From Pirellulaceae bacterium (lineage in GTDB: Bacteria; Planctomycetota; Planctomycetia; Pirellulales; Pirellulaceae): a stretch of DNA of 11,787 nucleotides. A program made the position numbers and the translations under genes. The notes below the pieces were generated by a model. The model saw nothing but the letters and a program-made list of their open reading frames with translations. It was not told the DNA's origin and did not search any database. Shown one piece after another: positions 1 through 7,570 of this stretch. The stretch spans positions 1 to 11,787 of the forward strand of contig JBFWYF010000124.1 of the NCBI GenBank assembly GCA_050186685.1, read 5' to 3'. The first letter of the stretch is position 1. Every line of letters starts with the position of its first letter.

Positions 1-1
1 G

Positions 2-2410
2 GGCGCGGGAGCCGAGGAGTTGTTGGAGCGCGTATCCGGTTCGATCGGCGTGGCGGTGCAGTCTGCGAATTACCGCACGCACCTCCAGAATCTGCTGCAG
101 GAGACCCAACAGCAGGCCGAAGAACTGCAGGTGCAGGGCGAGGAGCTGCGCGTGGCCAACGAAGAACTCGAGGAGCAGAGTCGCGCTCTCCAGGAATCGC
201 AAGTCCGTCTCGAGAACCAGCAGGCAGAGTTGGAACAGACGAACACGCAGTTGGAAGAACAAGCGCAAGAACTCGAGACCCAGCGCGACGACCTCAGCCG
301 GGCTCATGCCACGTTGGAACTGCGTGCTCGGGAACTCGAACAGGCGAGTCGTTTCAAGTCCGACTTTCTGGCCAACATGTCGCACGAGTTGCGGACGCCA
401 CTCAACTCGGCGCTTATCCTGGCTCGGTTGCTCGCTGATAACCGGGAAGGAAATCTGAGCGACGAACAGGTGAAGTACGCGGAAACGATACTCATGGCCG
501 GCAATGATCTGTTGGCGCTGATCAACGACGTACTCGATCTCTCGAAAATCGAGGCCGGCCGGATGGAGATGCGGCCAGAACCCCTGCCGATAGCACAGCT
601 GGTCGACGATCTCAGCCGTGCCTTTCGGCCGCAGGCCGAGGCGAAGGGGCTGTCGTTCCGCGCGTCGGTGGATGCGTCCTGTCCGGAATCGATTGATACG
701 GATCAGCAGCGGCTGGAACAGGTGCTGAAGAACCTGCTCGCGAACAGCGTCAAATTCACGGAGCGGGGCGAAGTCTCATTGGAGATTCGCCGTGAAACGG
801 GCGACCGGCTGGCACTGGCCGTGCGCGATACGGGCATCGGTATTCCGGCTCACCAGCATGAGCTGATATTCGAGGCTTTCCGCCAGGCAGATGGTAATGT
901 CAATCGGCGACATGGCGGCACCGGCCTGGGCTTATCGATATGCCGGGAACTGGTCCGTCTGCTGGGTGGCGAGATCCGGCTGCAGAGTGAACCGGGGCAC
1001 GGCAGCACGTTTACCGTGGTGATACCGAGGGCATACGATCCGGCACGCGTGCGGGGCCGTGACGCGCCGGTATCGTCGGTCGTAGCGGAGCAGGTTCCGC
1101 CCAGCGTCCGACCGCCGGTCGCTCCTCCAGCGCCGGCGACGCCGGCCTCCACGACGGTCACGTCCCCGCCACCGGCAACCGGCGCAGCCGTAGCCGACGA
1201 TCGGGAGCGGCTCGCTTGGGGCGGGCGAGTCCTCCTGATCGTCGAGGACGACGAGCCGTTTGCTCGCATCCTGTACGATCTCGGACATGAACTGGGATTT
1301 CAGTGCGTTGTGGCGTCGACCGCGGAAGAGGGCCTGGCTGCCGTGGCACGGCACCCGCCCAGTGCCGTGCTCCTGGATGTCGGCTTACCCGATCAGTCCG
1401 GGCTGTCGGTCCTCGATCGGCTGAAGCACGACGGACGCACCCGCCACATCCCGGTGCACGTCATTTCCGCGGCGGACCACAGTGAGACCGCGCGGGCCCT
1501 GGGAGCTATCGGCCATCTGATGAAGCCGGTAGAACGGGAAACGCTGATTGAAACGATCCAGGGCTTCGAAGCACGGCTCGCGCAGCGCGTACGCCGGGTC
1601 TTGATTGTCGAGGACGACCCGGTACAGCGCGACGGGTTGGGCAAACTGCTCGGTTCGCGTGACGTCGAGACGGTCGGCGTAAGCAGCGCGGCCGAATGCC
1701 TGGCACTGCTGCGCGATTCGACGTTCGACTGCATGGTCCTCGACTTGTCCTTGCCCGACACCACCGGTTACACGCTCCTGGAGACACTTAGCCGCGAGGA
1801 CGCGTATTCTTTTCCGCCGGTGATCGTGTACACCGGTCGTGATTTGTCGGCCGACGAAGAGCAGCGACTGCGACGCTATTCCCGTTCCATCATCATCAAG
1901 GGCGCCAAATCGCCAGAACGGCTGTTGGACGAAGTCACGCTGTTCTTGCACCAGGTCGTGGCGGATTTGCCGCCCGAACAGCAGCGGATGATCCGAAAAT
2001 CCCGCAGCCGGGACGCGGCCCTCGAAGGTCGCCGCATCCTTATCGTCGAGGATGACGTGCGCAATGTGTTCGCGCTGACCAGCATTCTCGAGCCGCGCGG
2101 GGCGAACATTCAAATTGCTCGGAATGGCCGCGAGGCGTTGGAATTGCTGAGCCGGTGCGCGGACGATCCCGATCGGCGAGTCGATCTCGTGCTGATGGAC
2201 GTCATGATGCCCGAAATGGACGGCCTGGCGGCCACGCGCGAGATTCGCAAACATCCCGCCTGGAAGAAACTGCCCGTCCTGATGCTGACCGCCAAGGCGA
2301 TGAAAGACGACCAGGAACAGTGCCTTGCGGCCGGCGCCAATGACTACATGGCCAAGCCGCTGGACGTCGAGAAACTGCTATCGCTCGTGCGTGTCTGGAT
2401 GCCCCGGTAG
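2..2410 (+). CDS. hybrid sensor histidine kinase, 5' partial (Glu/Gln-rich coiled coil - HisKA - HATPase_c - REC - REC - REC)
   Basis: The frame is open to the window edge with no upstream stop, and the track ORF 20..2410 starts at a TTG that is probably internal. H-box SHELRTPLN has His at nt 383-385. N-box LKNLLANSVKFT, G1 RDTGIGI and G2 GGTGLGLSI are present. Three receiver domains follow, with acceptor Asp in LLDVGLPD (nt ~1376), VLDLSLPD (~1742) and LMDVMMPEMDG (~2198) and conserved Lys in MKP, IKGAK and AKP. A Pro/Ala/Thr-rich linker lies at nt ~1081-1200. Stop TAG is at 2408-2410. Confidence 0.9.
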   Translation, partial: GAGAEELLERVSGSIGVAVQSANYRTHLQNLLQETQQQAEELQVQGEELRVANEELEEQSRALQESQVRLENQQAELEQTNTQLEEQAQELETQRDDLSRAHATLELRARELEQASRFKSDFLANMSHELRTPLNSALILARLLADNREGNLSDEQVKYAETILMAGNDLLALINDVLDLSKIEAGRMEMRPEPLPIAQLVDDLSRAFRPQAEAKGLSFRASVDASCPESIDTDQQRLEQVLKNLLANSVKFTERGEVSLEIRRETGDRLALAVRDTGIGIPAHQHELIFEAFRQADGNVNRRHGGTGLGLSICRELVRLLGGEIRLQSEPGHGSTFTVVIPRAYDPARVRGRDAPVSSVVAEQVPPSVRPPVAPPAPATPASTTVTSPPPATGAAVADDRERLAWGGRVLLIVEDDEPFARILYDLGHELGFQCVVASTAEEGLAAVARHPPSAVLLDVGLPDQSGLSVLDRLKHDGRTRHIPVHVISAADHSETARALGAIGHLMKPVERETLIETIQGFEARLAQRVRRVLIVEDDPVQRDGLGKLLGSRDVETVGVSSAAECLALLRDSTFDCMVLDLSLPDTTGYTLLETLSREDAYSFPPVIVYTGRDLSADEEQRLRRYSRSIIIKGAKSPERLLDEVTLFLHQVVADLPPEQQRMIRKSRSRDAALEGRRILIVEDDVRNVFALTSILEPRGANIQIARNGREALELLSRCADDPDRRVDLVLMDVMMPEMDGLAATREIRKHPAWKKLPVLMLTAKAMKDDQEQCLAAGANDYMAKPLDVEKLLSLVRVWMPR

Positions 2411-2422
2411 TGAGTCGACGCC

Positions 2423-3250
2423 ATGCACGAAAAAATCGAGGACATCGAGGTCCAACTGCTGCTGGAGGCGATCTTCCGCCGATACCATTACGACTTCCGT
2501 GGATACTCGCTGGCCTCCCTGAAACGCCGGCTGACCCAGGCACGCGACCGCTACCACTGCCGCACGCTTTCCGACTTGCAGGAACGTGTACTGCACGATC
2601 CCCAGATGTTTCCCCGGCTGTTGTCGTACCTGACGGTGCAGGTGAGTGATCTGTTCCGCGACCCGGCCTATTTCCGCGCCCTGCGTTCGCAGGTTATCCC
2701 GCATTTGCGCACTTACCCTTCGTTGAAGATCTGGGTGGCGGGCTGTGGAGCGGGCGAGGAGGTCTACTCGCTCGCCATTCTTTTTCGGGAAGAAGGGCTC
2801 GAGGAGCGCACGCTTTTCTACGGTACCGATATCAACCCGAACTCGCTGCGGAAGGCCGAGGCGGGTGTCTTTGAACTGGATCGCATCCCGCTCTTTACGG
2901 AGAATCACCGCAGGTCAGGTGGCAAGTCCTCCTTGTCCGATTACTATACCGCGGCCTACGGCGCCGCGGTTTTCGACAAGAGTCTGCGGCGGCAGGTCGT
3001 GTTTTCGGACCACAGCCTGGTGTCCGATGAGGTGTTCGCCGAAGTACAACTGGTCTCGTGCCGCAACGTGCTGATCTATTTCGATCGTGAGCTGCAGGAC
3101 CGAGCCATTGGGCTATTTAAGGATTCATTGATCCGCAGAGGATTTCTGGGGCTCGGCGCGAAGGAGAGCCTTCGATTTGCGAGGCATGCGGATGCCTTTC
3201 TTGAATTTGCGCGCGACGAACGGATTTACCAGAAGCGAGGAGACGTGTAA
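2423..3250 (+). CDS. cheR: chemotaxis-type protein-glutamate O-methyltransferase CheR
   Basis: 275 aa. The AdoMet-binding signature IWVAGCGAGEEVYSLAILF matches the CheR motif (V/I)WSAGCSTGEEPYS(L/I)A. The N-terminal helical CheR_N-like region is EDIEVQLLLEAIFRRYHYDFRGYS. ATG lies 12 nt after the upstream kinase stop. Confidence 0.9.
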   Translation: MHEKIEDIEVQLLLEAIFRRYHYDFRGYSLASLKRRLTQARDRYHCRTLSDLQERVLHDPQMFPRLLSYLTVQVSDLFRDPAYFRALRSQVIPHLRTYPSLKIWVAGCGAGEEVYSLAILFREEGLEERTLFYGTDINPNSLRKAEAGVFELDRIPLFTENHRRSGGKSSLSDYYTAAYGAAVFDKSLRRQVVFSDHSLVSDEVFAEVQLVSCRNVLIYFDRELQDRAIGLFKDSLIRRGFLGLGAKESLRFARHADAFLEFARDERIYQKRGDV

Positions 3251-3825
3251 TGGAGCGGCGTGCGGAAGCCGTCGTCATGGGAGCTTCGGTGGGAGCCATC
3301 GACGCGCTCTCCATGATTCTCCCCGTCTTGCCGCACGATTTCGCGCTCCCCCTGATGATCGTTGTGCATGTACCGCCCGACAAGAACAACAAGATGGTCG
3401 AACTGTTCCGCAGTAAATGCCAGCTGCCCGTGCGGGAGGCCGAGGACAAAGAACCTATCCGAGGCGGCACAATTTACTTCGCGCCACCTGACTACCACTT
3501 GCTCGTCGAGACAGATCGGCGATTATCGTTGTCGAGCGAGGAGCCGGTGCAATACTCTCGCCCGTCCGTTGACGTCCTGTTCGAGACGGCTGTCGACGCC
3601 TATGGTTCGGGGCTGGTGGGCGTGCTGTTGACGGGCGCCAACGACGATGGTGCCCGGGGAATGGGGTTGGTGCACGAGGCGGGTGGCATTGCCGTGGCGC
3701 AGCGCCCGGATCTGGCGTATGCCCCGACGATGCCCCGCGCGGCGCTGGATCTTTGCCCCGGAATCCGCGCGCTGACCCTGCAGGAAATCGGGCAGCTGTT
3801 ACGGGAGGTGAGCACATCGCAATGA
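3250..3825 (+). CDS. cheB: CheB-type protein-glutamate methylesterase, catalytic domain only (no receiver domain)
   Basis: 191 aa. The catalytic triad context matches CheB_methylest: Ser in VMGASVGAIDAL (GASTGG-like), His in IVVHVPPD (QHMPPGF-like) and Asp in GANDDGARGM. No N-terminal REC is present. The start overlaps the cheR stop (TAATG at 3248-3252). Confidence 0.85.
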   Translation: MERRAEAVVMGASVGAIDALSMILPVLPHDFALPLMIVVHVPPDKNNKMVELFRSKCQLPVREAEDKEPIRGGTIYFAPPDYHLLVETDRRLSLSSEEPVQYSRPSVDVLFETAVDAYGSGLVGVLLTGANDDGARGMGLVHEAGGIAVAQRPDLAYAPTMPRAALDLCPGIRALTLQEIGQLLREVSTSQ

Positions 3826-5435
3826 CGGACCTGCCGACGCAACCGGTCTTTTTTCTTCTTGTCGATGACCTGGAGGAAAACCTGCTGGCGCTGGAAGCCC
3901 TGCTGCGGCGGGACGGCTTGGTCCTGCTCCAGGCGCGGTCCGGTCGCGATGCGTTGGAGTTGCTGCTGCGCCACGACATTGCGTTGGCGCTGGTCGACGT
4001 CCGCATGCCGGATATGGACGGTTTTGAGCTGGCGGAGCTGATGCGCGGCTCGGAACGTACCCGGCGAGTGCCCATCATCTTCCTGACGGCCGGAGCGCCG
4101 AGCCTCCAGCGCCGCTTTCGCGGTTATGAGGCGGGCGCCGTCGACTTCCTGCAAAAGCCCATCGAACCGGACATTCTCCGCAGCAAGGCAGACGTATTTT
4201 TTGAGCTGTACCGACAGCGGCAGGAGGTGGCGCGGCAACGAGACGAACTGAAGGCCGTCGTGTCCGAGAACGCTCGACTGCTGCAGGAAAGCCGTCAGGC
4301 GACGGCCGCATTGCGGGAAGCGGACCGGCGAAAAGACGAATTCCTCGCCACCTTGGCCCACGAGCTGCGCAACCCGCTTGCGCCGATCCTCAACGCGATT
4401 CAGTTGCTGGGCGTTCCAGATCTGGCGCCTGCCGAAGCGGACGAACTGCGGCAGATGATCGAACGTCAGGTCAAGCACATGGTGCGACTGGTCGACGATC
4501 TGCTCGACTTAAGCCGGATCACGCAGAGCAAAATCAAGTTGCAACGGCACCGCGTCGCCGTGAGCGAAATCGTTCAGAACGCGATTGAAACCAGCCGCCC
4601 GCTGCTGTCGGCCGGACACCATGAGGTCGAAGTCCAGATCCCGGACGAGCCGCTGATCGTACTGGCCGACACGGTGCGTCTCACACAGGTTCTGGCCAAC
4701 CTCTTGAACAATGCAGCCAAGTTTACGCCCGAACGGGGACGTATTTGCGTGGCGGCGGAACGGCACGGACAGGAAATCGCTTTGAGCGTGATCGATAGCG
4801 GGTTGGGCATCCCTCCGGATATGCTGGGTAAGGTCTTCGAGATGTTCACGCAGGTGAACCAGCACCTGATAGGCTCGCAGGGCGGGTTGGGAATCGGCCT
4901 GTCGCTCGTGAAAGGGCTCGTCCAACTGCATGGGGGAACGGTGGAAGTGTACAGCGAAGGTGAGGGACGAGGCGCGCGGTTCACCGTGCGCCTGCCAGTG
5001 GCCGAAACGGCGACGGCTGCGGCACCAGCGCCAGCAAAGGCCGCGGTGGCACATGCGGTCCACCAACGCCGGATCCTGGTGATCGACGACAATCAGGACG
5101 CGGCCAACAGCCTCGCCCTGCTGCTAAAGATGTGCGGGCATACGGTCGCGACTGCGCACAGCGGCGAAGCGGGACTCGCACAGGCCATAGCTTTTCGCCC
5201 GCAGGTCGTCCTGCTCGACCTGGGCATGCCCGGCATGGATGGTTTCGAGACCGCCCGGCGGTTGCGTGAGTTGGACGAAGCACGCGACTCCGTGCTCGTC
5301 GCGCTGACTGGCTGGGGGCAGGACGAAGACCGCCGTCGCACGTCAGCAGTCGGTTTCGAGCGGCACTTGGTGAAGCCCGTCGACTTGAGTGGGCTGCAGA
5401 AGCTGCTCGCAAGCCTCGGCCCGGGGCCACGCTGA
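3822..5435 (+). CDS. hybrid histidine kinase / response regulator (REC - coiled coil - HisKA - HATPase_c - REC)
   Basis: ATG 3822-3824 overlaps the cheB stop TGA 3823-3825 (ATGA). The N-terminal REC has acceptor Asp in LVDVRMPDMDG (nt ~3996) and Lys in QKP. H-box LATLAHELRNPL has His at ~nt 4359. ATP-lid motifs DSGLGIP and GGLGIGLSLV are present. The C-terminal REC runs RRILVIDDN...LLDLGMPGMDG...LVKP. The earlier in-frame ATG at 3753 was rejected because it would overlap cheB by 73 nt and add a non-domain leader. Confidence 0.8.
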   Translation: MTDLPTQPVFFLLVDDLEENLLALEALLRRDGLVLLQARSGRDALELLLRHDIALALVDVRMPDMDGFELAELMRGSERTRRVPIIFLTAGAPSLQRRFRGYEAGAVDFLQKPIEPDILRSKADVFFELYRQRQEVARQRDELKAVVSENARLLQESRQATAALREADRRKDEFLATLAHELRNPLAPILNAIQLLGVPDLAPAEADELRQMIERQVKHMVRLVDDLLDLSRITQSKIKLQRHRVAVSEIVQNAIETSRPLLSAGHHEVEVQIPDEPLIVLADTVRLTQVLANLLNNAAKFTPERGRICVAAERHGQEIALSVIDSGLGIPPDMLGKVFEMFTQVNQHLIGSQGGLGIGLSLVKGLVQLHGGTVEVYSEGEGRGARFTVRLPVAETATAAAPAPAKAAVAHAVHQRRILVIDDNQDAANSLALLLKMCGHTVATAHSGEAGLAQAIAFRPQVVLLDLGMPGMDGFETARRLRELDEARDSVLVALTGWGQDEDRRRTSAVGFERHLVKPVDLSGLQKLLASLGPGPR

Positions 5436-5442
5436 GTGTGGG

Positions 5443-5470
5443 ACGACGCTCCGCGGTCGTGGACTTTTTC
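5443..5470 (+). terminator. candidate intrinsic terminator of the HK-cheR-cheB-HK operon
   Basis: The local GC hairpin at 5443-5460 is followed by ggaCTTTTTC (T5 at 5465-5469). The stem is short (5-6 bp), so this is weak to moderate. Confidence 0.3.
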
Positions 5471-5516
5471 TATGCACCCCATGTCCTCGCGAGAAGACAC
5501 GACGGCGGAGCGTCGT
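5443..5516. repeat. pair of inverted, individually palindromic ~20-nt elements separated by a 36-nt spacer
   Basis: 5443-5454 pairs with 5505-5516 (12 bp) and 5456-5461 pairs with 5498-5503 (6 bp), with a single G/G mismatch. Each arm is itself a hairpin: acgacg-ctccg(g)-cgtcgt, and acgacg-gcggag-cgtcgt at 5499-5516. The pair starts 7 nt after the kinase stop (5435) and lies ~90 nt upstream of the caspase ATG. Confidence 0.6.
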
Positions 5517-5605
5517 GCCGCACTGGTTGAGTGCCACGCTCGCCCGGCGCTGCAGCTCGCAAAGGAAACAGGACGGATCCCTGCTCACAACCTGGAGCCC
5601 TGTTT

Positions 5606-7570
5606 ATGGCGGACCGTGCCCTGCTGACCGGCATCAACCAGTACAAATACATCAGTCATCTGCGCGGATGCGTCAATGATGTGCGTATGGTGGAGCGGCT
5701 GCTGATCGAAGTGTTCGGCTTCGCCGCGGCGAACATCAAGACACTGATCGACAGCCAGGTGACGAAGGAACGCATTACGAAGGAGTGGGCCCGCATGCTC
5801 AAGGACGTGAAGCGCGGTGACCGCATCGTGTTTCACTTTTCCGGTCACGGGTCCCATATCGCGGACAAGGATGGCGACGAGGAGGACGGTGCCGACGAAC
5901 TGCTCTGCCTCTACGATATGGATTTCGATGACGAACGGACGTACCTGCTGGACGATGATTTGCGAAAGCTCACCGAGCAAGTTCCAGACAGTGGGTATTT
6001 AACTGTCTTGCTCGACAGCTGCCACTCCGGCACAGCCACGCGCATGATGCTGGCCCCGACCGCGGCGCGCGAAGTACGATTCACCGGTCCGCCGCCGCTG
6101 GTCGACCTGCAGGCCAGTCTCGCTCGGCTGGAACGATCGAGTGGCAGCTCGCGATCGCTGGCCGGCCGAGACGCGGACGAAGTCGTCACCCGCCTGCTGG
6201 CGCCTCGATCGGCGTTGGACGAGCGGAACACAGTCCTGGCACGTTTCGTCGAGCCGCCGCCGCACGTGTCTGCGGCTTTACGGCGCGGGGGTATCCGCAA
6301 GCAGGTCCGTGCCGCCATGGCGGAAGCGCGCCAAGGCGAGCGGATGAACCACGTGCTGCTGGCCGGCAGCGAAGCGACCCAGACATCGGCCGATGCTTTC
6401 ATCGAAGGGAACTATCACGGAGCCTTCAGTTTCTACCTCGACAGGACCGTGCGCGAGGAGGGTCGGAGCATCGATCACCAGAAGCTGATCCGTCGCCTGC
6501 GCGATGCATTGGCGGCGGAACGTTTCAGTCAGACTCCGCAACTCGAACCGGCCGAAACCACCGGCCCCTTGCTGTTGAGAGCTCTTCCCGATCCGGACCG
6601 CGTTACAGGGGCCCCTGCCCTGTCGCAAACGGACGTCCTGAAGATTCTGCTTGAAATCCGGGATCTGCTGGCGGGACGAGCCGATGACCGACTCGTCGGT
6701 AGCCGGGCCACGGGGCGGCGGGCCATCGTCTATGTCCATGGTATCTGCCGGCACGACGCCAGTTTTGCCGATCCCTGGTGGCAGGCATTGCGGCCGCACC
6801 TCGCCGCGCCGCTCCGGCAGGAACTCGAGCGGAATCGTCATCCGGTCGTCTGGAGTGATCTGGTTACTCCCGAACGGCAGCGTTCCATCGCGGCGGATTC
6901 CCGGCAGGCGGCCGCCGAACACGAACTTGCCACCCTGTTACGGGAAGTGCTGGAGGACCGCGCCGTGCGCGAGACATTGACCGCGGTCGAACCGCAGGCC
7001 TCGGACTGCAACCCGGTCGCCACGCGTGCCGTTCAAGACCGCGTTCTGCTCGACATTCCGGGTCTCAATTGCATCGACGACTTCGTCAAGTACCTGCTGG
7101 ACGACTCCGTCCGACGCGCCGTCCAGAAACGATTTCTCGACGTGGCCGGGCCCTTGCTGCGCGACGGCGTGGAACTGGAAGTGGTCAGCCACAGCTGGGG
7201 AACCGTCGTGGCCTTCGAGGCATTGCGGACGCTCGATGGCGAGCAGCTTGCCGGGAGGGTCCGGAACTGGTTCACGGTGGGCGCGGCCCTGTCGATCGTG
7301 ACGGTCCAGCGGAGACTCGTGCCCGCCGACGGGCGCAGGCCTCGGCACGTCTCCCGGTGGCTCAATCTGGACGCCCGCGGCGACATCGTGGGAGGGCCGC
7401 TGGCCAACGCCTTCCAGGTGACGCAGGAGTTCCTGAACCTTGACCCCACCACGTGCCGAACCATCTGGAGTCTGGTCGAACCGACTTGTGCCCATTCGTC
7501 CTACTTCCACGCGTCCAACCTCGCTGTGAATCGAGGTATATTCGCGGCGCAAATTCAAGGCGGCGGATGA
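5606..7570 (+). CDS. orthocaspase (peptidase C14 caspase-like, p20+p10) fused to a C-terminal lipase-like alpha/beta-hydrolase domain
   Basis: 654 aa from the first ATG. The ORF opens at GTG 5531, but the caspase fold begins right at MADRALLTGINQY and GGAG lies 9 nt upstream of ATG 5606. Caspase dyad: His in HFSGHGS (nt 5846-5848) and Cys in LDSCHSG (nt 6020-6022). A p10-like segment LLAGSEATQTSADAFIEGNYHGAFSFYL is present. C-terminal domain: oxyanion-type IVYVHGI (His nt 6737-6739), nucleophile elbow VVSHSWGT (Ser nt 7193-7195), then NLDARGD and CAHSSYFH as candidate Asp/His, in Ser-Asp-His order. Stop TGA is at 7568-7570. Confidence 0.85.
   Translation: MADRALLTGINQYKYISHLRGCVNDVRMVERLLIEVFGFAAANIKTLIDSQVTKERITKEWARMLKDVKRGDRIVFHFSGHGSHIADKDGDEEDGADELLCLYDMDFDDERTYLLDDDLRKLTEQVPDSGYLTVLLDSCHSGTATRMMLAPTAAREVRFTGPPPLVDLQASLARLERSSGSSRSLAGRDADEVVTRLLAPRSALDERNTVLARFVEPPPHVSAALRRGGIRKQVRAAMAEARQGERMNHVLLAGSEATQTSADAFIEGNYHGAFSFYLDRTVREEGRSIDHQKLIRRLRDALAAERFSQTPQLEPAETTGPLLLRALPDPDRVTGAPALSQTDVLKILLEIRDLLAGRADDRLVGSRATGRRAIVYVHGICRHDASFADPWWQALRPHLAAPLRQELERNRHPVVWSDLVTPERQRSIAADSRQAAAEHELATLLREVLEDRAVRETLTAVEPQASDCNPVATRAVQDRVLLDIPGLNCIDDFVKYLLDDSVRRAVQKRFLDVAGPLLRDGVELEVVSHSWGTVVAFEALRTLDGEQLAGRVRNWFTVGAALSIVTVQRRLVPADGRRPRHVSRWLNLDARGDIVGGPLANAFQVTQEFLNLDPTTCRTIWSLVEPTCAHSSYFHASNLAVNRGIFAAQIQGGG

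Noticed and set aside
1081-1200. Pro/Ala/Thr-rich stretch (PPSVRPPVAPPAPATPASTTVTSPPPATGAAV) considered as a separate feature
   Set aside because: It is a flexible inter-domain linker between HATPase_c and REC1 within one continuous ORF, not an independent element.
304-2343. Numerous minus-strand and alternative-frame ORFs inside the first kinase gene (e.g. 850..1269, 932..1354, 1385..2254, 1393..1764, 2110..2340)
   Set aside because: They are antisense or off-frame shadows of a motif-rich, unambiguous kinase gene. Their products are Arg/Ser/Pro-rich and low-complexity, as is typical of GC-rich non-coding frames.
2378-2908. 176-aa minus-strand ORF antisense to cheR
   Set aside because: It lies entirely within the well-supported cheR CDS. 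It has no recognisable domain and its composition is that of a GC-rich shadow frame.
3753-3821. Upstream ATG (3753) as the start of the second kinase
   Set aside because: It would overlap cheB by 73 nt and add a non-domain, Arg/Pro-rich leader. ATG 3822 gives a classic ATGA coupling and begins directly at the receiver fold.
3600-4478. 292-aa minus-strand ORF antisense to cheB and the second kinase
   Set aside because: This is a shadow ORF overlapping two motif-supported genes. No domain signal was found.
5531-5605. GTG 5531 as the caspase start (25-aa N-terminal extension)
   Set aside because: The extension is Pro/Arg/Ala-rich, unlike the rest of the protein. The caspase fold begins right at the Met of ATG 5606, which has a GGAG 9 nt upstream.
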